A DNA stretch of 64,000 nt from contig CAIKZD010000009.1 in assembly GCA_903831805.1 (NCBI GenBank), forward strand, positions 72,786 through 136,785, in the 5' to 3' direction. The position numbers were made by a program, and so were the translations under genes. Below are positions 29,898 through 38,938 of the stretch, one piece after another; positions within the stretch are counted from its first letter, which is position 1, and each line of letters opens with the position of its first letter. This stretch comes from an uncultured bacterium (GTDB lineage: Bacteria; Patescibacteriota; Minisyncoccia; Moranbacterales; UBA2206). A model generated the notes under the pieces. It was not told the origin of the DNA. It made no database searches and saw only the letters and a list, made by a program, of their open reading frames with translations.

Positions 29898-30335
29898 CTA
29901 TCTATCTATGAATAAAATTCCGTCTAAATGGTCGATTTCGTGTTGCAGGGCGCGAGCCAAAAGTCCTTCAGCCCGCAGGATGATTTCTTCACCATTCTTG
30001 CCCAGTGCTTTGACGGTCACTTTCTGATGACGTTTTATCGGGATGAATTTTCCCGGAAAAGACAGGCAGCCTTCTTCGGAAATTTCCTTCTTCCAGGAAC
30101 GCGCGGATATTTTCGGATTGATGAGAATGTGCGTCTTGCCGTCGAGTTTGATGATGCACAATCGAACAGAAGCCCCCACTTGCGGCGCAGCCAACCCGAG
30201 CGCATTGCCGCTGGCTTCCATCGTTTCGAGCATATCCAAAATAAGCTCTTTGGTTTCAGAACTTTGAGGGTCCTTTATCTTTTTGTTTTTCCCTCTGAGA
30301 ATGTCATTGGGGTAGATTAGAATAGGGAGAACCAT
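29898..30335 (-). CDS. def: peptide deformylase
   Basis: GLAAPQVG, EGCLSFPG and HEIDHLDG motifs. Confidence 0.95.
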   Translation of the reverse strand: MVLPILIYPNDILRGKNKKIKDPQSSETKELILDMLETMEASGNALGLAAPQVGASVRLCIIKLDGKTHILINPKISARSWKKEISEEGCLSFPGKFIPIKRHQKVTVKALGKNGEEIILRAEGLLARALQHEIDHLDGILFIDR

Positions 30336-30339
30336 ATTT

Positions 30340-32358
30340 TTACGTGATAGAGATCGGGTCGATATCGATTATCCAGCCGGTACCCAATTTTTTGAGTTCA
30401 ACTATTAATTTTTCGGGAATAAATTTGCTTTTACATTTGATGATTATTTGTCTTCTGAATCGGCCTCTGATTTTCGGGACGAAAGCCTCTTGCGCTTCGG
30501 TCACTTTGGTATCCGGTATGCTTTGCATGACAGTGGAAACTTTTTCCGTTTCAACTTCAGTTTTCCGGGCATCATAATCCTGAAAAACCAATTTAACGAG
30601 ACGTCCGAAGGGTGGAAAGGAGAGGGCTTTTCTTTCGGCTATTTCAAACTGAAAAAAAGCTTCATAATTTCGTTCCGCACTGAACCTGATTGATTTGTTT
30701 TCCGGTTGATAAGTCTGGATCACCACACTGCCGGGAAACTTCGCGCCGGGTCTGGCCACGCGGCCGGAGACTTGCACGATATTTTCATAAAACTTTTCTC
30801 CAGCCGAAAAATCAGGGATAGAAAGAGCATTATCCGTATCTATTATACCAATCAACGCGACATTCGGCAAATCCCAGCCCTTGCTGATCATTTGCGTCCC
30901 GATCAAAATATCGATCTGGCGCGCGGAAAATTCTTGGTATATTTTGGCTTGATACGCCGCTTCTTTGGCGACCTGACTATCGAGGCGCGCCACGCGAGCG
31001 CTCGGGAAAAGATTTTTGATTTCTTTTTCCACTTTCTGTGTGCCCAGTCCTACATTTTCAAAAATAATGCCCTTACATTTCGAACATTGCGGTGTGATGG
31101 ACGTTTTATAGGCACAATGCAAACAGCGGTAGTGACCCTTTTGATCATAAGCCAGCGAACGGTCGCATTTCGGGCATTTTAAAACAGTCTTACAGCTCTT
31201 GCAAACCGAAAAGCTGCTCATGCCCTGGCGATTGATGAAGAGAATCGTCTGCTGGTCATATTTCAGCGCGTAAGCAATTTCACTTTTTAGCTTTTTACTT
31301 ATACATGAGTAATTCTTCGCCCAGCGCTCTTTTTTCATGTCGACGATGACGGTTTGTGGAGAATTTGTATTGCCCCCTCCCTTGTAATCAGGGGAGGGCT
31401 GGGGAGGGGTTGTTAGGTGGGGCAAATCCAAAAGATTCATCTCTTTTTCATTTTTTGCTCGCCAATATGTTTCCACTGCCGGCGTAGCGCTTCCGCGCAC
31501 GATCGGACATTTATTAATCTCCGCCAACTTTTCTGCTACGGTGCGCGCATCATAACGTGGATTCATATCCCATTGTTTGTAGGACATATCCTGCTCTTCA
31601 TCGATAATGATGAGTCCCATTTTTTGGAACGGGGCAAACACCGCCATGCGTGTGCCGATAATGATTTTGGCCTGGCCGGATTTAACACGTTGCCAATAGC
31701 CATAGAACTGCCCCTTGGTGATATTACTACTGAGCATTACGATTTCTTCTGGCGGAAAATATTGTCCATAACGCTCCAGTGCTTGCGGCGTCAAAGTTTT
31801 TTCCGGCACTAGAATCAAAAATTGCGCATCAGGCTTTTTCTTTTTAATGGCTAAAATTGAATGAATATATACCTCAGTCTTACCTGATCCGGCCGGACCG
31901 AAAAGCAAGTATTTTGTATTTTGTTTTGCAATTTTATTTACGGCTTCTTGTTGCTCTTCCGTGAGGACAATACTCACGCCCCCTCTCCTGTACTCGGGAG
32001 GGGGTTGGGGAGAGGGTCTGCGGGTTTTCGTCCGCGCCGGCACAAAACTTTTCATCACAATCCCAAGCGGGGATATATAGTAATCTGAAATAAACTTAGC
32101 CAACTCAATCTGATCTTCCGTCAAAAAATCTTCTTCCAAAACTTCTTCGATTTTTTTTAATTCAATATTACCCAATCTTTCAAAATCTTTCCGCACCCCC
32201 AAAACAATTCCTTCAACCGTGCGGCGGAAAAGGGGAATGGACACGAGAGTGCCAACTGACAATTTCTTTTCTGATAGATAGGAAAAAGACTGACTGCCGC
32301 TCATGGGCAATTTGGTCAGCGGCACGATGTCGAGAATGAATTTTTTGGATTTAGGCAT
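30340..32358 (-). CDS. priA: primosomal protein N' (PriA helicase) with two in-frame palindromic insertions
   Basis: Walker A GPAGSGKTEV, DEAH-like IIDEEQD, Cys4-Cys4 zinc-binding region (CKSCKT...CPKCD...CLHC...CSKC). The insertions encode PSPQPPPEYRRGG and PPQPSPDYKGGGN. Confidence 0.95.
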   Translation of the reverse strand: MPKSKKFILDIVPLTKLPMSGSQSFSYLSEKKLSVGTLVSIPLFRRTVEGIVLGVRKDFERLGNIELKKIEEVLEEDFLTEDQIELAKFISDYYISPLGIVMKSFVPARTKTRRPSPQPPPEYRRGGVSIVLTEEQQEAVNKIAKQNTKYLLFGPAGSGKTEVYIHSILAIKKKKPDAQFLILVPEKTLTPQALERYGQYFPPEEIVMLSSNITKGQFYGYWQRVKSGQAKIIIGTRMAVFAPFQKMGLIIIDEEQDMSYKQWDMNPRYDARTVAEKLAEINKCPIVRGSATPAVETYWRAKNEKEMNLLDLPHLTTPPQPSPDYKGGGNTNSPQTVIVDMKKERWAKNYSCISKKLKSEIAYALKYDQQTILFINRQGMSSFSVCKSCKTVLKCPKCDRSLAYDQKGHYRCLHCAYKTSITPQCSKCKGIIFENVGLGTQKVEKEIKNLFPSARVARLDSQVAKEAAYQAKIYQEFSARQIDILIGTQMISKGWDLPNVALIGIIDTDNALSIPDFSAGEKFYENIVQVSGRVARPGAKFPGSVVIQTYQPENKSIRFSAERNYEAFFQFEIAERKALSFPPFGRLVKLVFQDYDARKTEVETEKVSTVMQSIPDTKVTEAQEAFVPKIRGRFRRQIIIKCKSKFIPEKLIVELKKLGTGWIIDIDPISIT
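31373..31409. repeat. family E GC-rich palindromic element, copy 2 (in-frame in priA)
   Basis: CCCCCTCCCTTGTAATCAGGGGAGGGCTGGGGAGGGG. Confidence 0.85.
31978..32017. repeat. family E GC-rich palindromic element, copy 3 (in-frame in priA)
   Basis: CGCCCCCTCTCCTGTACTCGGGAGGGGGTTGGGGAGAGGG. Confidence 0.85.
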
Positions 32359-32612
32359 GTGTCCATTGTATCATTTTGAGCTATTTAAACAATTGACATT
32401 ATTCTGGTGATTTTTTTATGTTGAACCTTTACATGCAGTCTCAATATGCTACCATGCCAACAAGGAGGGGCGCAGAAGAAGCAGGAGATTGCCTATTTAT
32501 TAGGACTTGCCGGATGATGAAGCTATGCGGCAACAACCCGAAAACCATCTGGGTGGCTATAAATACAAGCGAAATCACTTGCGCACGCTCATCCTTTCTC
32601 GTTGTTCCGCTG

Positions 32613-32684
32613 AGAGATATAGTTTAGTTTGGTCAAAACACGGCCTGTCACGCCTTGCCGCAGGTTCGAACCCTGCTACCTCTC
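32613..32684 (+). tRNA. degenerate tRNA-like gene (anticodon loop CTGTCAC, GTC/Asp-like)
   Basis: Perfect T-arm GCAGG-TTCGAAC-CCTGC; anticodon loop identical to bacterial tRNA-Asp; acceptor AGAGATA/TACCTCT has one mismatch; anticodon stem has one mismatch; variable loop only 3 nt; no encoded CCA. Followed by its own terminator. Confidence 0.35.
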
Positions 32685-32693
32685 AGTTTCCCC

Positions 32694-32730
32694 ATGGCGG
32701 AGTTTCACAACTGAAACCCGCCATATTTTT
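32694..32730 (+). terminator. rho-independent terminator after tRNA-like gene
   Basis: ATGGCGGAGTTTCA-caac-TGAAACCCGCCAT followed by ATTTTT. Confidence 0.6.
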
Positions 32731-32767
32731 ATATCCAAATTTGAACACTGACGGCATTAATGCTAGA

Positions 32768-33664
32768 ATGGAAATAGTAAAAAACCTTTATAAAATGGAA
32801 GAACTAAAAATAATTCTAAATTCTTGGCAGTTTAATCTGTCGTTGTCGCTTATCCTTCTTATTGTGTTTATGCAGTCATATAAGCTGGCTGTTAAGGAAG
32901 TTGAAAAAGATGGAGTAGCGACCATTATCCTTCAGGTAGTGGCGGGGCTTAGTATTCTTTTTTTGTTGCCATTCTTTGCGTTCACTTTCCCAAATAATAC
33001 TGCAGCATATCTTTTTACTTTACTGGCGATAATATTTTATACCCTAAACGACAGGATTCAAACAACTGTCAGGAAGAATCTTGATGTCTCCGTATATTCA
33101 ATCCTGGACCAAATAGCCAGAGTTTTTTTAGTGGTTTATGGGATTATTATTTTCAAGGAACCGCTAGTCGCCGCCAAATTGCTTGGCGCCGGGTTGATCT
33201 TGGCCGGGAATGTTTTCTTATTTTATCGTAAAGGAAAATTAAAAATCAATAGGTACGTAGTGCTAAATGTTTTGGCGACTTTTCTGCTCGCCACAGCGAC
33301 CATAATAGATATTGATATCTCAAAACAATTCAATCTGCCTTTCTATATCATGATAACTTTGATTATTCCGGCCTTATTCATATATCTTGTGGAGAGACAT
33401 TCCTCGAAAGAGATTCTGAAAGAATTCAATTCTAAAAGAAGAAAATATTATCTAATTACCGGAATTTCTTGGGGCGTTCTAATACTCGCCATAATCAGAG
33501 CCTTCCAAACTTCAGAAGTAACCTTCATCGCGCCGCTCTTGGCTACCTCGGTCCTACTGAATGTTTTTGTAGCCTCGATAATTCACAAGGAAAAGAGTAA
33601 TTTAACGAGAAAAATAATAGCTGCGGTCATTGTTGTTTTGGGAGTTTTTGTGATGACTCAGTAA
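32768..33664 (+). CDS. 10-TM DMT/EamA-like membrane transporter, hypothetical
   Basis: Start placed at MEIVKNLYKMEEL, downstream of the tRNA-like gene and terminator (ORF-track start at 32507 reads through them); two 5-TM halves of about 299 aa total. Confidence 0.4.
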   Translation: MEIVKNLYKMEELKIILNSWQFNLSLSLILLIVFMQSYKLAVKEVEKDGVATIILQVVAGLSILFLLPFFAFTFPNNTAAYLFTLLAIIFYTLNDRIQTTVRKNLDVSVYSILDQIARVFLVVYGIIIFKEPLVAAKLLGAGLILAGNVFLFYRKGKLKINRYVVLNVLATFLLATATIIDIDISKQFNLPFYIMITLIIPALFIYLVERHSSKEILKEFNSKRRKYYLITGISWGVLILAIIRAFQTSEVTFIAPLLATSVLLNVFVASIIHKEKSNLTRKIIAAVIVVLGVFVMTQ

Positions 33665-33949
33665 ATTGGCACTTCCTAGTGCACTTGTGGCCGTACCTGC
33701 GCCGATAGTATGGCTTGTATTTTGATAATTTTAACCGTGTCGAATTCGATACCTTTGATCATTAAGTGAAATTCTAATGTTATGGGATTCCGTAACATTA
33801 GAATGGTATATTTTTTATCGAATTTTTTCCGACTTTTTTCTCGCGGAGTTGTCGGAGGCAGTTAAAAACAATGTAAGTATGCAGGTACGTACCTCCCTAC
33901 CCACCCACCCAGATACCCACCTCCGATGCAGTAAAATAATTTTAATAAT

Positions 33950-34519
33950 ATGAAAACTATAAAAAGTAATGTTGGTCCAATTAGCTTTGAACATTTTGCA
34001 AAGACTTATTTGTTGATGGCAAAAATCGCATTATCCTATACGGGAGAAGGGAAGGATAATATTAGTACTGACGATAAATTCAGACTTAATAGTGGGCTAA
34101 TTTTTATTCCAGTAATTTTTTGCATAAGACACAGCGTAGAAGTTTTTCTTAAGAGTGTTGCTATCCGGGTTGACGACAAATATTATAAAACGCATGATTT
34201 GAAAGAGCTTGAAAAAATTCTTTCTCGCATAAAAATACCAGCTGAAGATGTGCGCAAGGGAATTAAAATAGTTGATAAGTATACACACTATAAATTTCCA
34301 AAAAAGATTGTGCAGTTTCTTTCAGAAGAAAATAATATAAAATTTTATGATAAAAGAAATGAAGTCTTTCGCTTTCCCGAGAATGATATAAGGCTAGAAA
34401 TAATGGGAGAAAACTTGAAGAATTTAAAGGCGTCCGACTTTCAAGAAGATATTGAAAATATCAATTCTATTTTTAGTAAGTATTCTTTCTGGAGTCAGAT
34501 TGAAAAGCATAAAAAGTAA
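33950..34519 (+). CDS. hypothetical protein (AT-rich gene in compositional islet)
   Basis: 189 aa, no recognisable motif; about 33% GC, clearly lower than flanking genes. Confidence 0.4.
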   Translation: MKTIKSNVGPISFEHFAKTYLLMAKIALSYTGEGKDNISTDDKFRLNSGLIFIPVIFCIRHSVEVFLKSVAIRVDDKYYKTHDLKELEKILSRIKIPAEDVRKGIKIVDKYTHYKFPKKIVQFLSEENNIKFYDKRNEVFRFPENDIRLEIMGENLKNLKASDFQEDIENINSIFSKYSFWSQIEKHKK

Positions 34520-34674
34520 AGTAGGATATACCTTAATGTTTTTCCACAACCAACCTCAAGTAAGCTGGTTTTTATTTAATCTTGAATTTTCGGGTCGGGA
34601 GCGGAAATTTAAAAAGGCGAACTCCCGCATTGCGGATGTTCGCCCCTTCTCGTGGCTCTGGCAAGAAAAAGTTT

Positions 34675-35352
34675 TTAAGCGGTAAGTCTGCCCAATTCAG
34701 CGTCGATGGCGTAAAAAACGTTCTCGACATAATTGGTAATCGTCGTACCTTTGGGTCGCCCAGTCGGGTCATCTTTGACAGACTCATCGGCTCGGCGGAG
34801 GATCTCCTGAACTTGTTCATCATTAAGCTTGATGAGTCCGAGATAGTAATATTTTCCAAGCTCAAGCGTCAAATCCTCCCATTCCTTGAGACCGGAGCAG
34901 GCGCCGTAGCAGGCGGCAATAGTGGGAAGGCCTTTAATGGATATGAGCTGGAAAGTTATTTCAGCTGATCCGCCCCATTTTCCATTTTTCGGGTCTCTGC
35001 TTTCATGAGAACAGCTGTGACCCATGTTTCGGCCTGTTCGGGCTGTTTTCTCTTGACAGAAAATTTTGCAATTTTCTCCGAAGGCTTCATCGGGAAAGCT
35101 GTCTCCAGCTTTATTCATAAATCCGAAATGTCCATGGGGCATGTAGCATCCGAAATTGCACCAGACGGCCTTGCGCTCCGGCACCATAGTGAGATTATTT
35201 TCGAGCATGAGCGTCAGCACCCTGTCCGTAGCTCCCAGAAAAATATCTTCCAGTTGCTCAGCTTCTCCGTTGTAGATTGCTTGGTACACTTTTGGATGTA
35301 TACGCTCTTTTAGGGTAATGGGTTCAAGATCTTCAATTCGGTTAGTTTTCAC
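34675..35352 (-). CDS. Cys/His-rich hypothetical protein (possible metal-binding enzyme)
   Basis: 225 aa; motifs WCNFGCYMPHGHFG, GENCKIFC, GHSCSHE, ACYGACSG; no family assignable by eye. Confidence 0.4.
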   Translation of the reverse strand: MKTNRIEDLEPITLKERIHPKVYQAIYNGEAEQLEDIFLGATDRVLTLMLENNLTMVPERKAVWCNFGCYMPHGHFGFMNKAGDSFPDEAFGENCKIFCQEKTARTGRNMGHSCSHESRDPKNGKWGGSAEITFQLISIKGLPTIAACYGACSGLKEWEDLTLELGKYYYLGLIKLNDEQVQEILRRADESVKDDPTGRPKGTTITNYVENVFYAIDAELGRLTA

Positions 35353-35533
35353 GGCATTCTCCTTTTTCTTGTTTTTTTATTGGGTAGGTACTGCGTTGAT
35401 TGAGCAACAGGATATTATTGCATGTAAAGCTTTTTCTGTCAATTTTTTCATGGTTGAATTCTAGGAAGTATCGCTGTTTTGTATTTCTTCTATTGCAATT
35501 GCCAAAACCCTGAAAAACAGCTAGACTTCTTTT

Positions 35534-36076
35534 ATGAAACGAAAAATTTTTATCAGTTTGAACATTCCTGAACAAGACCGCAAAAGGTTGGCACGCTTGG
35601 CCGAAAAGTGGCATGATTTACCGGTCAAATGGACGCGCGCAGCCAATTTGCACATCACTTTGGCTTTTTTAGGTTTCGTGCTGGAAACTGATTTGCCGGA
35701 AATTTGCCAAAAAGTGGCTGAGGCCGCCCAAAAAAACACTATTTTTGATCTGGAATTTGATGAAATCAGCCTTTTCCCAAGTGCGGATGAACCGCGGGCT
35801 GTGGCGCTCATCGGCCGACCCAGCGAAGAATTGAAAAATTTAGTCAATTCATTGGAAGATACTTTAGACATTGCTTATGCCCCTAGAAAATCTTTTCGCG
35901 CACATGTGACACTCGGACGGATCCGCAAAAACAAATGGGCGGAATTGGAAACCGAACCGCGCATCTTGGAAAAATTTGCCATCAGCTTGCCGGTGGACGC
36001 CGTGGACATCATGGCCAGTGACTTTGACGGCGGGGAAGGGGAGTATGCCGTGCTGGAAAGCTGCCCACTGGTATAA
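35534..36076 (+). CDS. thpR: RNA 2',3'-cyclic phosphodiesterase (2H family, LigT/ThpR)
   Basis: Two H-x-T/S-x motifs: HITLAFLG and HVTLGRI. Confidence 0.8.
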   Translation: MKRKIFISLNIPEQDRKRLARLAEKWHDLPVKWTRAANLHITLAFLGFVLETDLPEICQKVAEAAQKNTIFDLEFDEISLFPSADEPRAVALIGRPSEELKNLVNSLEDTLDIAYAPRKSFRAHVTLGRIRKNKWAELETEPRILEKFAISLPVDAVDIMASDFDGGEGEYAVLESCPLV

Positions 36077-36079
36077 TCT

Positions 36080-36175
36080 TAAAAAATAATTTTCAATTTT
36101 CAATTTTCAATTTTCAATGAATTTTCAAATGTTCTAGTCATCAATTGAAAATTATTTTATTGAAAATTGAATGAG
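36080..36175. repeat. AT-rich palindromic/tandem repeat (TTTTCAAT x4 ... ATTGAAAATT), family D-like
   Basis: Tandem octamer repeats with inverted copies downstream. Confidence 0.55.
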
Positions 36176-36177
36176 CA

Positions 36178-36900
36178 TTGATTATTGATCATTGGAGATT
36201 GATGGAAGTTCTCAATGTCAAAATAGATAATCTTTCCAAAAAAGAAATTCTTAACCAGATAGAATTATTTTTAGCCGAGCCGCGCTTCCACCGCATTGTC
36301 ACTATCAACCCGGAATTCATTTTGGAAGCCCAAAAAAATCCCGAGTTTAGAGATGTCTTGAACGCCAGTGATTTGAATGTGGCCGATGGGGTGGGGATTT
36401 GGTTCGCCTTTTTGCGTTTCGGGCGTATTCTAAAAACTCGTCTGGCCGGGGCCGACTTGATGCTGGAAATTTTACGGTTGGCGCAAGAAAAAAACTTGAA
36501 AATATTTCTAGCAGCCAATAAAAATGGCCTTTCGACCTGGCAAGAAACCCGCACTGCGATTTTGAAAATTTATCCGAGACTAATTATTTCTGGAGCCAAT
36601 GTCGATATAAAAAACACTGATGATCGATTACTGATGACTAATGACACTCTTCTTCTCTGCAACTTCGGCGCTCCATTCCAAGAGCTCTTCATAAATCAAG
36701 TAAAATGTGATACAATTAGACTCGCCATGGGAGTGGGAGGCGCTTTCGACTTCCTGACTGGCAAGATCAAGCGCGCGCCAAAATGGATGAGAAAACTCGG
36801 CCTCGAATGGCTCTGGCGGCTCATCCTGCAACCGAAAAGAATTGGGCGGATTTTCCGCGCTGTGGTTGTCTTTCCGGTCAAAGTAATTTTTAGTAAATAG
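36178..36900 (+). CDS. WecB/TagA/CpsF family glycosyltransferase (GT26)
   Basis: RIVTINPEF...ADGVGIW...FLAANKNG...GVGGAFDFLTGKIKRAPKWMRKLGLEWLWRL, typical of N-acetylmannosaminyltransferase TagA/WecG. Confidence 0.8.
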   Translation: MIIDHWRLMEVLNVKIDNLSKKEILNQIELFLAEPRFHRIVTINPEFILEAQKNPEFRDVLNASDLNVADGVGIWFAFLRFGRILKTRLAGADLMLEILRLAQEKNLKIFLAANKNGLSTWQETRTAILKIYPRLIISGANVDIKNTDDRLLMTNDTLLLCNFGAPFQELFINQVKCDTIRLAMGVGGAFDFLTGKIKRAPKWMRKLGLEWLWRLILQPKRIGRIFRAVVVFPVKVIFSK

Positions 36901-36920
36901 TTTTTATAAATAAAAAACCC

Positions 36921-37337
36921 ATGACTACCAAAACAAAATTGATCCGCAGTGTCTATTTGTATCTGGCGGCGCTTATCAGTCTGATTTTTGTGGCTGTCGG
37001 GACAGGCAGGTTGCTCAATACGGCCTTGAAATTTTATGTTTTTCCTAAAGCGGAAAAGGGGGATTATGGACAATGTAATCAAGCTCCACCGGTGTATGCT
37101 TTTGATAAGAATGTTTATGCCGGCGTTGCAACCGTTGATCAAAAAACACAACTGGAAAATTTGCTACGCGATTATGAAGAATGGAAGAAAAATAATATCG
37201 GTGAAGAATGTTATAGTGCGGCTCGCCAATCATCAGTCGTGGATGCTTTGACAATGTTAATCATTTCCTTGCCGATCTTGCTTTTTCACTGGAAGATAAT
37301 TAAAAAAGATAAGGAAAATAAAGATGATGAAGAATAA
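36921..37337 (+). CDS. two-TM membrane protein, hypothetical
   Basis: 138 aa; TM helices near both ends. Confidence 0.45.
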   Translation: MTTKTKLIRSVYLYLAALISLIFVAVGTGRLLNTALKFYVFPKAEKGDYGQCNQAPPVYAFDKNVYAGVATVDQKTQLENLLRDYEEWKKNNIGEECYSAARQSSVVDALTMLIISLPILLFHWKIIKKDKENKDDEE

Positions 37338-38925
37338 AACCAGAGTCAGATTTGCGCCGAGCCCGACCGGCTTCATGCACATCGGAAATTTTCGATCGGC
37401 CTTGTATGATTATTTATTCGCCGTGCATACTGGTGGGGATTTTATTTTACGCATAGAGGACACTGACAAAAAAAGATTTGTCGAAGGGGCGGTGGAAAGC
37501 CTGCTTAAAACTTTGGATTGGGCGGGCTTGGAATATGATGAAGGGGTTTTCCAGACAACTGAGATTAAAGATGATAACACCAATGTAATTGAATCAAAAA
37601 ATTACCCCGGCGTTCTGGAAGTCGGAGAATTCGGGCCATATATCCAATCGGAAAAATTAGAGGTGTATAAAAAATATGCCGAGCAGTTAGTGAAAGATGG
37701 CCACGCTTACTATTGTTTTTGCGAACCGGAAAGACTGGAAGAGATGCGCGCGGAACAGGCTGCCGAGAAACGGCCGCCGATTTATGACCGCTATTGTTTG
37801 AACCATGTTACGCCGGACGAGATCAATGCTAAATTGAAAGAAAATTGCAGCTATACTATTCGCCTCAAAATTCCTAAAGATGAAACGCTTGAATTTGAAG
37901 ACGCGGTGCGCGGGAAAGTGAAATTCGAAACTAATCTTGTCGATGATCAAGTGCTTTTAAAATCCGACGGCTTTCCGACCTATCATCTGGCTAATGTCAT
38001 TGATGATCATGACATGCAGATCACGCACGTCATTCGTGGCGAAGAATGGTTGTCGAGCACGCCCAAGCACTTGTTGCTATACCGCTTTTTCGGTTGGACG
38101 CCGCCTATTTTTGCTCATTTGCCACTTCTGCTCAACGCTGACAAAAGCAAACTGTCCAAGCGTCAGGGGGACGTGGCGGTGGAAGATTATATCAAGAAAG
38201 GCTATTTGAAAGAAGCGATTATAAATTTCGTAGCCTTTTTAGGTTGGAATCCTGGCAATGGTGAGACACAAGAAATTTTCACGCTATCCGAACTGGCGGA
38301 CAAATTTGATATGACCCATGTGCATAAAGGGGGAGCGGTGTTCGATATCAAAAAATTAGACTGGATCAATGCTCAGTGGATTAAGAAAATTTCCATTTTG
38401 GATTTATATCAACGTTCTTTAGAATTCCTGGAAACCAAAGATTTTTATCTGAACGCGCCGGCCGAAAAAAAAGCGGAAAAATATGTGAAAAAAGTTTTGT
38501 CCGTCGAGCGCGCTCGCCTCTTGAAATTGGATGAAGTAGGGGAGGATGCTAAATTCTTTTTCAAAACAGCATTGCATTATGACACAGAGCTTTTGCGCTG
38601 GAAGGAATGTGAAGATTTCGAAACAAAAAAATCTCTACAATTATCCAAGGAAACTTTAGAAGGGATGGCGGATGTCGATTTTGAGTTTGATCCGGAAAAT
38701 GCGACCAACGAAGCTTTGCAAAGAATCATGCAAACATTCATGCAAGTAGCGGAAAAAAATTTCACCGATGAGGACGGCAAAACTGATCGTGGCCAATTGC
38801 TCTGGCCGCTGCGCGTGGCTTTGACTGGCGAGCAATGGTCGCCCTCACCCTTTGAAGTCGCACAAATCCTGGGGAAAGCCGAAAGTTTGGAACGCCTGGA
38901 CAAGGCCATTCAAAAACTAAACTAA
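37324..38925 (+). CDS. gltX: glutamyl-tRNA synthetase
   Basis: RFAPSPTGFMHIGNFRSALY (HIGH) and KLSKRQ (KMSKS) motifs. Confidence 0.95.
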   Translation: MMKNKTRVRFAPSPTGFMHIGNFRSALYDYLFAVHTGGDFILRIEDTDKKRFVEGAVESLLKTLDWAGLEYDEGVFQTTEIKDDNTNVIESKNYPGVLEVGEFGPYIQSEKLEVYKKYAEQLVKDGHAYYCFCEPERLEEMRAEQAAEKRPPIYDRYCLNHVTPDEINAKLKENCSYTIRLKIPKDETLEFEDAVRGKVKFETNLVDDQVLLKSDGFPTYHLANVIDDHDMQITHVIRGEEWLSSTPKHLLLYRFFGWTPPIFAHLPLLLNADKSKLSKRQGDVAVEDYIKKGYLKEAIINFVAFLGWNPGNGETQEIFTLSELADKFDMTHVHKGGAVFDIKKLDWINAQWIKKISILDLYQRSLEFLETKDFYLNAPAEKKAEKYVKKVLSVERARLLKLDEVGEDAKFFFKTALHYDTELLRWKECEDFETKKSLQLSKETLEGMADVDFEFDPENATNEALQRIMQTFMQVAEKNFTDEDGKTDRGQLLWPLRVALTGEQWSPSPFEVAQILGKAESLERLDKAIQKLN

Positions 38926-38938
38926 CTCTCTCGCAAAA

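Noticed and set aside
30706-31182. 158-aa ORF on + strand
   Set aside because: It is antisense to priA.
32440-32520. SRP (4.5S) RNA candidate because of the GCAGAAGAAGCAGG tract
   Set aside because: It lacks the conserved GGAAGGAAGCAGC domain IV motif and a symmetric hairpin context, so the resemblance is superficial.
34675-35352. CDA-fold deaminase assignment for the Cys/His-rich protein
   Set aside because: The candidate zinc motif reads SHE rather than H-x-E. The CxxxC spacing is atypical. The protein is kept as unknown.
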